From contig JBHLNZ010000023.1 in assembly GCA_048941015.1 (NCBI GenBank), positions 1-45,223 of the forward strand: a DNA stretch of 45,223 bases, written 5' to 3'. This DNA comes from Promethearchaeota archaeon. Its GTDB lineage: Archaea; Asgardarchaeota; Lokiarchaeia; Sigyniarchaeales; SOKP01. The notes under the pieces are model-generated. The model was not told the origin of the DNA. It saw nothing but the letters and a program-made list of their open reading frames with translations, and did not search any database. This document shows, piece by piece, positions 29,858-39,798 of this stretch. Numbering within the stretch: the first letter of the stretch is position 1; each line of letters opens with the position of its first letter. Both the position numbers and the translations under genes were made by a program.

Positions 29858-30739
29858 TTAATTTGATTTTATAATTTCAGAGAGTGTTAAAATATTCTGT
29901 GGACTTGTTCCACAACAACCACCAACTATTTTAGCTCCCAATTCAATTATCTGTTTCATATCTTCTTTATATTCTTCAATAGTTTGATTATAATATACTG
30001 TACCATCCTTATCTAGTTGAGGCTTTCCAGCATTAGGCTTTATGGAAATGGGAATACTGGTCAAATTTTTCAAATCTTTTGTTAATTCGATCATTTCATT
30101 GGAACTAATTGTGCAATTTGCCCCTATCACATCAATTTTCTCTTTTTCAAGTGCTTGAACACATTTCTCTAATGAATTCCCCATGATTGTATAATATCCC
30201 CTTTTTGTTTTTTTATATGTCATTGAACATATGACGGGTTTTTTAGAGATCTCTTTCACTGCTTTTACTGCTGCTAACATTTCTTCAATGTCAGAAATTG
30301 TTTCAATATGCCATAGATCAACACCCTCCTCTAAAAGCATGACTTGTTTTCTATAACTTTCATACCACTGTTCAAAAGTAGCTTTTCCTACAGGAGGTTT
30401 AAATTCTCCCGAAGGGCCTATATCACCTACAATTAATCCATTAGAAGGACAGGCTTTTTTAATATTCTTAATCGCTTTGGAAATAATTTCAGCCATACGG
30501 TTCTCAAGTTTATGATTTTTTAAGTTCAAATAGCTTGAGCCGAAAGTGTTTGTTTGACACATATCAGAACCCGCATCATAATAAGCTTTATGGATATTAC
30601 TGATAACTTCTGGTTCTTCAATATTAAGGAGGTCAGGAATTTTTCCCGGTTTTATTCCTCGCTTAATAATTTCAGTTCCCATTCCTCCATCAAATATAAT
30701 TATTTTTGAGTTATCAGCTAACCAATCTTTAAAATTCAT
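29858..30739 (-). CDS. homocysteine S-methyltransferase domain protein (stand-alone MetH Hcy-binding module)
   Basis: FDGGMGT, TNTFG, GDIGP, IET, GANC, PNAG.P, GGCCGT (Zn ligands). Confidence 0.92.
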   Translation of the reverse strand: MNFKDWLADNSKIIIFDGGMGTEIIKRGIKPGKIPDLLNIEEPEVISNIHKAYYDAGSDMCQTNTFGSSYLNLKNHKLENRMAEIISKAIKNIKKACPSNGLIVGDIGPSGEFKPPVGKATFEQWYESYRKQVMLLEEGVDLWHIETISDIEEMLAAVKAVKEISKKPVICSMTYKKTKRGYYTIMGNSLEKCVQALEKEKIDVIGANCTISSNEMIELTKDLKNLTSIPISIKPNAGKPQLDKDGTVYYNQTIEEYKEDMKQIIELGAKIVGGCCGTSPQNILTLSEIIKSN

Positions 30740-30762
30740 ATTTTTTAATCCAACTCCTATAT

Positions 30763-31410
30763 TTATTTTCCTAACAATTTTTTCACTAATTTCACAGCCT
30801 CAATAGCGCTCCCAGCATATCCATCAGCACCACATTCTTCTACCCAAGTTTTAGTCACTGGAGCACCTCCAAGTATAACCTTAAAATCGTCACGGATTCC
30901 CTTAGCATTTAATATCTCTATAACTTTTTTCTGTCCAATCATAGTTGTTGTAAGAAGTGCTGAAATACCGATAATATTCACTTTTTTTTCTATAGCTATT
31001 TCAACGATTTTTTGAGCAGGAATATCAGCACCAAGATCATATACCTCGAAACCATTTGCACTTAACATTGTGGCTACAATTGTTTTTCCAATTGAATGAA
31101 TATCTCCCTCTATTGTTGCAATCACAACTTTTCCTAATGAAAAGTTATCATCAGAAATCTTTAATTGTGGTAAAAGAATTTCCATAGATTCCTGCATAAT
31201 AGTTCCACCCAACATCAGCTCAGGCAGGAAAAATTCGCCTTCTTCCCATAAATCACCAATACGACGAATTCCCTCTCCAAAACCTCTCTCAATTACTTTT
31301 AACAAATCCATCTTTTCATTAATAGCATGGTTAGCTAATTCAATTGCTTTAACTTTATCTAACCCTACAATTGCATCAGATATCTCTTTATAAAATTGCT
31401 CTTGAGACAA
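30763..31410 (-). CDS. methyltransferase cognate corrinoid protein (MttC/MtbC-like)
   Basis: B12 cap GEFFLPEL, GDIHSIGK (DxHxxG), SALLTTT, GGAP. Confidence 0.92.
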   Translation of the reverse strand: MSQEQFYKEISDAIVGLDKVKAIELANHAINEKMDLLKVIERGFGEGIRRIGDLWEEGEFFLPELMLGGTIMQESMEILLPQLKISDDNFSLGKVVIATIEGDIHSIGKTIVATMLSANGFEVYDLGADIPAQKIVEIAIEKKVNIIGISALLTTTMIGQKKVIEILNAKGIRDDFKVILGGAPVTKTWVEECGADGYAGSAIEAVKLVKKLLGK

Positions 31411-31503
31411 ATTTATTTCTCTTAAATCTAGTTAATTATAATTTTAAAAATATTTTAGTTAATTAATTAAAATTTCGAAAATGAGAAAACTGAAATTAAC
31501 GAT

Positions 31504-34500
31504 TTATCTTAAGATTTCATTGTATAAATTTTCGATAAATTCACTAAAATTATCCCTAGTAAATTTGACATATAACATTGGCATTAGTAGAACGGGAACA
31601 AATTTCTCATCTTCGCAAACTGGAATTATTTTTATTAATCCTTTTTTGCTAATTTGATAAGCTGATTGCCATTCTCCTTTTACGGCTTCAGAATTCATAG
31701 CATTTTCAGAACAAAAAAGAATAAATGTATCACTTCTTCGAAGAGTTTTTTCCATAAAATCAACTATATTTTCCCCGCTATCTACTTCCCAAAAAGAAAT
31801 TTTTTCAATTTCAGAATATCTTTTTAGGTTTTCAACAATAATTGGAATTTGAAAGTAATCCGAATCCTTAGTAGCATAACTTATAAAAATTTTTCTTTTA
31901 TTACTTGTTTTAAAACTCTTTCGAAGTTCTTTAAAACTTAGCTTAAATTTATTCGCTGACGATTTAGTTGCGAATATTCTATTAGATTCCTCTGCAATTT
32001 CACGAATTTCACTTAATCTAGGAGATTGACTGATTTCCACAGGACATGCAGGAGCAACGATGCCCACAGTACTTCTTGAAATAGATGGTTCTTTAATTGT
32101 ACTAAGGGCAGAAATTAATATCAATTCCTCTTTCTGTATTCTTTCCAATTTGTTTAAAACCTCTCCTTCCTTATCTTGATGACCTGCCTTGCTAAATAAT
32201 TCTGCTGCAGACTTTAAATAACCAGATCCTATCCTTAAGTGCTTTCCTCTTTCATCAAGATCTAACTCTTCATCAACTCTGATTAAATGCCAAGCAGCAT
32301 CAAAATATGTTGAAGTAGCTAACGCCCAATCAGCCGCACTCTTAAAATTTCCTTTTTCATACAAAGAAGCTGCTTTCCTAAGCATGGATTTAATTTTTGA
32401 ATATTGATCTGTTTTAATTTCTTTTTCAATAGACTCATCAAATTTACATCCGTATTCTAATGCTTGGCAAAAAGCAGAGTTTCCTGAAGCAAGTAATTGA
32501 AGTTTAGTATCAATGAAACTATTACTGGCTTTTTTGAACAAATTTGCTGCTTCAGCAAAACGTTCGGGGTCTTCATATTTCTCAGCAAGTGCCATATTCT
32601 CCCAAGCTCGGCAGAGATAATATATAGATTCAAGTTCTCTTCGCTCTCGCTTAATTTTAAATACAGTACAAATAATTCTAAATTGTGAAGCTGCAATCGC
32701 AAATTTTTCTGCAGCTTCAATGTATCTGTCATGCTTGCTTAGAATTCTACCTTTTTCAAGATGAATCCTAGCAGAACAATAATCTTTCCTAATTTTAGCT
32801 ACTTTCTCAAGTTTTTCGATTCTTTTCCTTTCTTCTTTAAAAGGTTTAAATGTTTGTTTTAATTTTTTAATAGTGTTTTTAAAAGCTATTTTAGTCATTT
32901 TATAAATCCTTATGGCTTCTTCTTGATTCCCTTGTTTACTAAGATGTTCTGCTTCTTCTAATAAAGCCCATGCAGTATAATATGGTGCTTCATAATTGTA
33001 TCTATGTACTTTTTTGAGAATAATAACTGATTTCTCGTAACTTTCTTTTGCTTTTATATGCTTTTCTCTCTTATGGTACGTTTTAGCACTTTCTATTAAA
33101 CTCCAAGCATGAGCATATCTTATTTTTTCTTGAACTCCTTTTTTAAGCGGTTTATATTCAATATTCTTCAATGATTCTCTATGAAGTTCTTGTGCTTTTT
33201 TATAATTTTCTGCTGAAGCATCGTGATTACCCAACCTATCTTCTATACGTGCAGTATATTCATGCGTAGCAGCTGCGAGGGAACTATGTCCTCTCTCAAG
33301 ACATTCATTAATTGTCTCAAGAAATAACTCTTTTGCCTCGATTAGAGGATTAATATCTATTTTAGTAATCCCTAATTCTTCAAGGAGCAGTCCTAACCTA
33401 ACTTGTCCCACTATATTGCCAGTACGAGACTCCACTGCATGTTTAATATAATTTTTAGCTGATTCTATGGCAGCTGATAACATATTTATCCTTTTTTGTT
33501 TGTTTTTTGCGATATCTGCCATAGTTTTGTATGCTCTATATTGAGATGAATTAAATGATGCTGCTGCATTTCCCCCTCTGTATTTTTCACCAATATCTTT
33601 AGCTTGTTTAGCAAAATAAAGCATCTTTCTAGCGTATTTATCTTGTTGATCTTCTTCTGTTGTCAGAATTACCATTTGTGAATAAGACCAGGTTAACATT
33701 TGATAAGCCCATGTACAAAAAGGACCGAAAGAAAGGTTTTTAAGTGAATTCTTAGTATATTCAATTCCTTTTTTCGCATAAATCTGTCTCTGCTTTAGTG
33801 GAATAAAACTTCTCTGAGCAAAATTACCATAATAAAATCCAGGCAGGAAATTGGCATAAAAGTACCAGAGACTATATTCATGTTTATATATTTTTCCCAA
33901 TTCTATTATTTCATTTATATCATTAATTATCCTCTTTTGTAGATAATTAAATCTGCCACTTACAATAGCCCATAAATTTAACCAAAATAAGGAAAGAATT
34001 GTAAGTTTTTTTTCATTTGAATTCGTAGCGAAATTTAAACCTTTTTCATGATATTCTAATCCTTTAAGAAAGTTTAACCTCTGTTCCCTTTCGTCTTCAA
34101 TAAAATGAAATGCATAGGCAGAATATATAAAGCCAGCTGAAAAATAAATCATAGCAAGGGTGAAATTATCATCGCAATTCTCAACTATCCTTAAACTTTC
34201 TTCACACTTTGAAAGGAACTCCCTGGCATTTTGCTTATAAAAATTGTCCCGCTTAAAAGGCATTATAAAGAATATGACATGTAAATTAATAAAAAATTCA
34301 GCAAACAAGGATTCGGCTAGAATCTGAAGGTTTTCTTTATCTTTTAAAATTTCCCAAGTTTTATTTAAAATATCAATAGCTTTTTGAAATAAATCCTCAA
34401 TCTCTTTATTATCACTACAATATGATATTATTAATCCTAAAGTAATTGCAGCACGACTGTTAACTCTTGCTATACTCATTTGATTATCTTCTTTAGAATA

Positions 34501-34899
34501 TATCTCACTAGCTTTAATAAATAGATTATATGCCTTATTAAATGACTCCTTTGCTTCATCTACAGATTCTTTTAGAAAACCAATATAAAAATTAACTTCA
34601 GCCTTACTTTCTAGTTCTTCAGGTTGCATTTCAATTTCTTTAAAAAGATTTGCAGCTTCTGTATAAGCTTTAATAGCATTATTATACATCTCTATATGTT
34701 TTTCCGCTGTTTTTATGGTATCTGCGGCTCTAGCACTGGCATAGCCGGATTTTCTATAAAAATCTGCAGCCTCTGTAATCATATTTTCATTTGAAAAAGA
34801 ATTGGCGGCATTTTCATATAATCCTGCAGCCTCTACCCAATTATATCTCTTTTCCTCTGCCTCTGCTGTCTCTATTGAGCCATTTTCCATTTCTAGCAT
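31504..34899 (-). CDS. large TPR/SNAP-like helical-repeat protein with C-terminal TIR domain
   Basis: Repeated AA..Y..AA..F helices over about 950 aa. C-terminal KIFISYATKD...SDTFILFCSENAMNSEAVKGEW...IIPV. Confidence 0.85.
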   Translation of the reverse strand: MLEMENGSIETAEAEEKRYNWVEAAGLYENAANSFSNENMITEAADFYRKSGYASARAADTIKTAEKHIEMYNNAIKAYTEAANLFKEIEMQPEELESKAEVNFYIGFLKESVDEAKESFNKAYNLFIKASEIYSKEDNQMSIARVNSRAAITLGLIISYCSDNKEIEDLFQKAIDILNKTWEILKDKENLQILAESLFAEFFINLHVIFFIMPFKRDNFYKQNAREFLSKCEESLRIVENCDDNFTLAMIYFSAGFIYSAYAFHFIEDEREQRLNFLKGLEYHEKGLNFATNSNEKKLTILSLFWLNLWAIVSGRFNYLQKRIINDINEIIELGKIYKHEYSLWYFYANFLPGFYYGNFAQRSFIPLKQRQIYAKKGIEYTKNSLKNLSFGPFCTWAYQMLTWSYSQMVILTTEEDQQDKYARKMLYFAKQAKDIGEKYRGGNAAASFNSSQYRAYKTMADIAKNKQKRINMLSAAIESAKNYIKHAVESRTGNIVGQVRLGLLLEELGITKIDINPLIEAKELFLETINECLERGHSSLAAATHEYTARIEDRLGNHDASAENYKKAQELHRESLKNIEYKPLKKGVQEKIRYAHAWSLIESAKTYHKREKHIKAKESYEKSVIILKKVHRYNYEAPYYTAWALLEEAEHLSKQGNQEEAIRIYKMTKIAFKNTIKKLKQTFKPFKEERKRIEKLEKVAKIRKDYCSARIHLEKGRILSKHDRYIEAAEKFAIAASQFRIICTVFKIKRERRELESIYYLCRAWENMALAEKYEDPERFAEAANLFKKASNSFIDTKLQLLASGNSAFCQALEYGCKFDESIEKEIKTDQYSKIKSMLRKAASLYEKGNFKSAADWALATSTYFDAAWHLIRVDEELDLDERGKHLRIGSGYLKSAAELFSKAGHQDKEGEVLNKLERIQKEELILISALSTIKEPSISRSTVGIVAPACPVEISQSPRLSEIREIAEESNRIFATKSSANKFKLSFKELRKSFKTSNKRKIFISYATKDSDYFQIPIIVENLKRYSEIEKISFWEVDSGENIVDFMEKTLRRSDTFILFCSENAMNSEAVKGEWQSAYQISKKGLIKIIPVCEDEKFVPVLLMPMLYVKFTRDNFSEFIENLYNEILR

Positions 34900-35124
34900 T
34901 ATTAATCATTTCGTAATTCGAACTAACTTCCTTCTTTTTATGGGATAATGCCATACAAAAAAGTATAATAATTAATAATTTGCATATTGAATTAATATGT
35001 TTTTTTAAATTAATTTGAATTTTTAAGACCAAAACTATTTGATACTTTTCTTCTTATCTGATAAGTCATAAGATTTTAAAAATTAATTGCATTAATAGCT
35101 TTAAATACTTGAGAGGTACGAGAA

Positions 35125-35325
35125 TTGAAGAATAATGAATTATTTATCAAAATATATCTGATTACTCTATCGATATTATTTTCAATATTCCATGGATTTA
35201 AACTTATTACAGAATTGCATGTTCTGGACATAACTTTTATGTTATGGATTTCTGCTTTGATCTCTTTATTGATTTATGGAATTTTGCTCCAAATGGAAGC
35301 TCAAAAAAAGCGGAACAGCAAATAG
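35125..35325 (+). CDS. small 2-TM membrane protein
   Basis: 66 aa, TTG start after GAGG, two hydrophobic helices. Confidence 0.55.
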   Translation: MKNNELFIKIYLITLSILFSIFHGFKLITELHVLDITFMLWISALISLLIYGILLQMEAQKKRNSK

Positions 35326-35335
35326 TGGAAAAAAA
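35308..35335 (+). repeat. direct repeat copy 1 (AAGCGGAACAGCAAATAG-T-GGAAAAAAA)
   Basis: 27/28 identical to 36336-36363. Both copies are preceded by TTGCTCCAAA. Confidence 0.85.
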
Positions 35336-35358
35336 AATAATCGATAAAGGAGTTATAT

Positions 35359-36117
35359 CTATACGGTTTTTGCAACAATAATTAAATTTTTACTTGTTTT
35401 TAAATCAAAATCTTCGAATTTGAAACCACTATATTGATTTTCAATTTCAAAGCCCGTTTCCCTTAGATATTGAATAAGCTTTTTAAATAGAATTGGGTAG
35501 TAAGTAGTCGAAAATGTCTGGAAATCTCTATTTTTCAAATTAAAGTAAAGTACATTGAATTGAATTGATCTTTTTTCATATTCTAATACGTAAATGAAAC
35601 CATAATTCTCTCGAAAGGAGATTGGTATAAACCGGGGTTTTTCTTGTAGTAAATAATCATAATTTCGAAGATCAAGAACTAATACACCATTATTTGATAG
35701 CTTGATATAACAACCTTTGAGATAGCTTAAAATTTTTTTTTCATTATCTACATAGGCTAGTGAATTTCCTAGATTCACAATTAAATCAACGGGATTAAGA
35801 AGATAATTTCCTATATCACAAAAATCAGCTTGAAAGATATTACATTTAATATTTTTCTCTTCACAATTTCTTCTTGCTTTACGAACCATATCATCAGAAA
35901 GATCAGACCCAGAACATGAAACATTTAAATCATTAAACAACATTAAATGATGGCCCGTTCCACATGAACAATCATGGGCATTCTGTATATGATATTTATT
36001 AAATAAATTACTCCAAAAAGACGTCTCTCTTTCTTTTCGATTTTCATAAGAAATTAATTTTTCGTATAATGGGAGAATTTTAGAATAGAATTTATTACTA
36101 TTTGTCATAAATTTCAA
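35359..36117 (-). CDS. class I SAM methyltransferase, glycine/sarcosine N-methyltransferase-like
   Basis: DCSCGTG, GSDLS..M, LGNSLAY, GVLVLDLRNYDYLL. Confidence 0.8.
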   Translation of the reverse strand: MKFMTNSNKFYSKILPLYEKLISYENRKERETSFWSNLFNKYHIQNAHDCSCGTGHHLMLFNDLNVSCSGSDLSDDMVRKARRNCEEKNIKCNIFQADFCDIGNYLLNPVDLIVNLGNSLAYVDNEKKILSYLKGCYIKLSNNGVLVLDLRNYDYLLQEKPRFIPISFRENYGFIYVLEYEKRSIQFNVLYFNLKNRDFQTFSTTYYPILFKKLIQYLRETGFEIENQYSGFKFEDFDLKTSKNLIIVAKTV

Positions 36118-36335
36118 ACCCTCTCTTTTATGTTCTCTTTTTAAAAATACAACATTTAAATATAAACTAAATTTTATGTTTTGAATATTATGATTAATAC
36201 AACTAAGTTATTAAAATAAGCTTGTCTTAAACTGTTCTTTCATTTTTTTCCGGATTTGATATTCCTCCTGAATCTCCCTATAACAATCTACACAATACTA
36301 TTGCTCCAAAATTGAATTAAAAATCATAATCTTAG

Positions 36336-36363
36336 AAGCGGAACAGCAAATAGGGGAAAAAAA
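36336..36363 (+). repeat. direct repeat copy 2 (AAGCGGAACAGCAAATAG-G-GGAAAAAAA)
   Basis: Matches 35308-35335. Confidence 0.85.
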
Positions 36364-36522
36364 GTAAAAATTGTCTCTGGTTTTTTAATGTAAAACCAAT
36401 CTACTAAAATCATAAATATCTCTTTATGATTTAATATCCTTTTAACAATAAGAATTTTAAATTCAGACACTATACAATATTAAAATCAATCACTATAACT
36501 CAATATAAAAAAAGTGTAAAAA

Positions 36523-37011
36523 ATGAGCAGAAGATACTATGCTAAGGGGAAAAAGACATATGCAAAAGATCAAACTTTTGAACAAGATCAAGTAGGAGAA
36601 GAAAAAGAGCGATATTTTATAAGTATAGATCTTATGAGTCTTAAAACACTTAAAGATTATGATATTTTAGGCTGGCGTGGGGAATTTTATTTCAAGGTTG
36701 ATGGTCCCAAAGTATTTAAAGCTCGTTGGCCAAATAAGGGAACTGTAAAATTGCAGAGAAATCAAGAATTTACATCCAGGGCGGATATGTCCCTTTGGAG
36801 TCAATTTAAAACCGTTAGAGCCGACAAACCTGCTATTGAAAATGTAAAAGTGATATTAAGAGAGCGAGACCATTTGAAAAAAGATCACACGGTCGCAGAA
36901 TTGGATTTGGAAATAAAGCTTCCTTCTAAAACTCAGTATGTAATTCTCCAAGATGATAAGGAAAATACTAAAGCTAAACTCCGAATTCAGGCTTCAAGGA
37001 GTAGGTATTAA
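36523..37011 (+). CDS. beta-sandwich protein, C2-domain-like
   Basis: KDYDILGWRGEFYFKV and VILRERDHLKKDHTVA resemble the two acidic loops of C2 domains. Confidence 0.55.
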   Translation: MSRRYYAKGKKTYAKDQTFEQDQVGEEKERYFISIDLMSLKTLKDYDILGWRGEFYFKVDGPKVFKARWPNKGTVKLQRNQEFTSRADMSLWSQFKTVRADKPAIENVKVILRERDHLKKDHTVAELDLEIKLPSKTQYVILQDDKENTKAKLRIQASRSRY

Positions 37012-37067
37012 AGCTTTTTATTTAATCTTTTATTTTTTATTTCTTTTTATAAGAGATTTCAAAATTA

Positions 37068-37421
37068 TTAAGTTTCAACTGGCAATTTAAAAACGACTGT
37101 AGTAAAGAATTCAATCATTATCCCAAAAAAGGCATTGATGAATAAAACACCAATTACGATGATCAAATCTACACCCATGGTAATATCATAGAGAAAGAAA
37201 GGTAAACCAACAACTTCTCCAATCAAAATGCCATGCAATACCCAATTCATCCGTAATCTTGAGATACCAATTACAAATCCTATAAGGGTTCTATTAACTA
37301 GAATTACTATAAACCGTAATACGTCAATTGGCAAACCCAATAATAATGCACCAATAAAGCATATAAATCCTGCTATGATTCCGAATATAATTGAGATGAC
37401 AATTCTTTTTAGTTGATTCAT
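37068..37421 (-). CDS. 4-TM membrane protein
   Basis: Gly-rich hydrophobic helices, NRTLIGFVIGIS. Confidence 0.8.
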   Translation of the reverse strand: MNQLKRIVISIIFGIIAGFICFIGALLLGLPIDVLRFIVILVNRTLIGFVIGISRLRMNWVLHGILIGEVVGLPFFLYDITMGVDLIIVIGVLFINAFFGIMIEFFTTVVFKLPVET

Positions 37422-37503
37422 AACAAGTGCTAAGAAAATATCCTTTTTATTTATTATCTTAGTTTTTATTGTATTAAAAAAAGAATATAGAAATTTTTAG
37501 ATG

Positions 37504-38898
37504 CTATAATTTTTTCTCTTGCGATCTATAGATATAAAATGCCAACGAAACAATTGAAACTGCGATAATTATTTGAACAATACCCCAATAAGTACCTCCA
37601 AACAAATCATCCAATGCAAGTGAAATTACCAAAATTGCTATTTCAAAAACCGCAAGATAATTAAGAATTGCTAAAAATTTATTTTCAATAGAAGCGGATT
37701 TAGTATTAAGAGTATTCCTTTGTCTATTTAATGTTTTCCTAATTCTTGCTATCACATCATCAGTCGCTTTTGAGAAAGTAAATCCATCTAACTTATCAAT
37801 TTGTTCATTAAACATGCTTGTCTTAAAGGTAGAAGTGAATAATAAGCGTGTTATTTTGGATATAATCACATCCTTATTTAATTCAAGAATAATTCTATTA
37901 AGTTCAGTTTCTAATTCTTCCAATAAATCTATTTTAGTTCTGAGCGTTATATTTTCAGCCATAGCTCGAGATTCTGAAATAATTTTATCAAATTTTTCAG
38001 CAACAATTAAAATATTTTCCATATGCATAAGAATGAGAAATCTTTGAACATTCCCAACCTCTGGTGCAAATAAGGTGTCGATAAACAGATTTTTCATAGA
38101 ATTAGAATCTAAAAGCCCCGGACCGGGTATTACAACATTACCTGCATGAGTTATCATCACAAATTCATCCTTATATGGACTTAAATTTTTGAGATTGATT
38201 TGATCTCGATATGCTATAGGATCTAATTCATGATATTTATCTGTACGTAGCGTTAATGCGATTGAATATTTAGCATTCTTTCCTATTTCGTTTCCTATAA
38301 AACGATAATACTCTCTCTTAAAGTCGGGTTTAGCATCCCAAATTATCCATGTATGATGCCATGGCTCTAAAGAAGATTCTAATTTTGCTTTATCTAGAAA
38401 ATCTCCCTTCTTTAATAATGAAATTACATTATCTCTTATTTCTATAAACTTTTCTGTTATAGGTCTTCCTGTGCTTTCAAGAATCATATTATCGGGCTGA
38501 GAAATTTCGATAAATTCTTCTATTTTATGATAATTATCAAATCTTAACTCACAATGTATTACGAGAACTGATCCATAATGAATATGTCCTTCTAATCTGA
38601 TTTTCCCATTAATAAAGGAATTATTTGCGCAGCGAAATCGTTCTGATCTTCCAATTTTGAAACAGACTGGAGCAAAATTATGTGATTGACTAGATATCCA
38701 TTTTAACGGTTGATGGCAAATTTCACCTGTTCTAGGATCCTTTAATTGACAATGGTAGTCCTTATATAATTTTAAAGAATCTTCTTTTTCAAGATATTCT
38801 CTTACTTCTGGTAATTCAAAATATAGTCCTAGTTCATAAAATTTCCAGAATACAAGGGTAACTTTAAAACTATATTCTTCTTCAGAAACCTCCATCAT
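37504..38898 (-). CDS. hypothetical protein with long helices and two C-terminal TM segments (CorA-like topology)
   Basis: alpha/beta N-domain, coiled helices, 2 TM at the C-terminus. No GMN motif. Confidence 0.65.
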   Translation of the reverse strand: MMEVSEEEYSFKVTLVFWKFYELGLYFELPEVREYLEKEDSLKLYKDYHCQLKDPRTGEICHQPLKWISSQSHNFAPVCFKIGRSERFRCANNSFINGKIRLEGHIHYGSVLVIHCELRFDNYHKIEEFIEISQPDNMILESTGRPITEKFIEIRDNVISLLKKGDFLDKAKLESSLEPWHHTWIIWDAKPDFKREYYRFIGNEIGKNAKYSIALTLRTDKYHELDPIAYRDQINLKNLSPYKDEFVMITHAGNVVIPGPGLLDSNSMKNLFIDTLFAPEVGNVQRFLILMHMENILIVAEKFDKIISESRAMAENITLRTKIDLLEELETELNRIILELNKDVIISKITRLLFTSTFKTSMFNEQIDKLDGFTFSKATDDVIARIRKTLNRQRNTLNTKSASIENKFLAILNYLAVFEIAILVISLALDDLFGGTYWGIVQIIIAVSIVSLAFYIYRSQEKKL

Positions 38899-39092
38899 AA
38901 TTTTTCTATCACTCTTTTATTTCCATTATTCTGTAAATTTAATAAATTATTTTGACTAACTTACTTTATATTTAAAAGATATTAACGTTCTACAATTTAT
39001 AAAAAGATATATTAAAATAATCTTTATTATAAAAAGTATATTTGAAATAAAAAGTATTTCCGACATTTAAGGTAAAATAAGGCTTATTCTTA

Positions 39093-39728
39093 ATGGTTAA
39101 TGAAATTATGTCTAAAGAAAATGATGAAATGACTGTTGAGATCGCTACAGTCGAAGATGCAGAAGGAATTTATAAAACCTTGAAAGCAAATTTAATTGAA
39201 ATAAAAGACTTCAATTCAATTCCAAAAGAAAAGATTAAAGATCTGGAAGAACAAGGTTTTTTAAGAAAAGAAGTAGATATTGAATATTATAAGATGCTAA
39301 TTAATGACGAAAAATGTGAAATTTATATAGCGAAAAAAAAAAATGGTGAAATTATTGGTTTTGCAAGTATACATAAAAATGAATATAATATTTGGAACTT
39401 TCGGAGTACATTAGAAAATCTTTATGTTAACGATCCAGAAATTTTTTCTTTACTTACGGAGAAGGATAAAAAATTTGCATATTTAGACCAAATTAGTATT
39501 ATCCCTAATTTTAAGCGTCAAGGAATTGGATATGCTATTATTTCAAAAGCTTTATATAATATAAAATCACCTTTCGTTGCTTTTATAGTAGAAAAACCAT
39601 TAGCAAATAAAGCATCTATTCTCTGGCATGAATATTGCGGATTTAAGCTAGTTGGGACTGCTGATGGAGGTTACAAAGATGAAAAATTTGAATGGAAGAT
39701 CTATATTCATTGGAACAATGAAAAGTGA
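39093..39728 (+). CDS. GNAT family N-acetyltransferase
   Basis: ATVEDA, LDQISIIPNFKRQGIG, N.AS..WHEYCGF. Confidence 0.9.
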   Translation: MVNEIMSKENDEMTVEIATVEDAEGIYKTLKANLIEIKDFNSIPKEKIKDLEEQGFLRKEVDIEYYKMLINDEKCEIYIAKKKNGEIIGFASIHKNEYNIWNFRSTLENLYVNDPEIFSLLTEKDKKFAYLDQISIIPNFKRQGIGYAIISKALYNIKSPFVAFIVEKPLANKASILWHEYCGFKLVGTADGGYKDEKFEWKIYIHWNNEK

Positions 39729-39798
39729 TAAAAAGAAACTTAATACTTAACTATAACTCAAAAATTTGTTGAGAATTAGAATAGAAAATATAATAAAG

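Noticed and set aside
35284-36363. Direct repeats as a CRISPR array or integron attC sites
   Set aside because: Only two copies, 1 kb apart. No cas or integrase gene, and no RYYYAAC/GTTRRRY ends.
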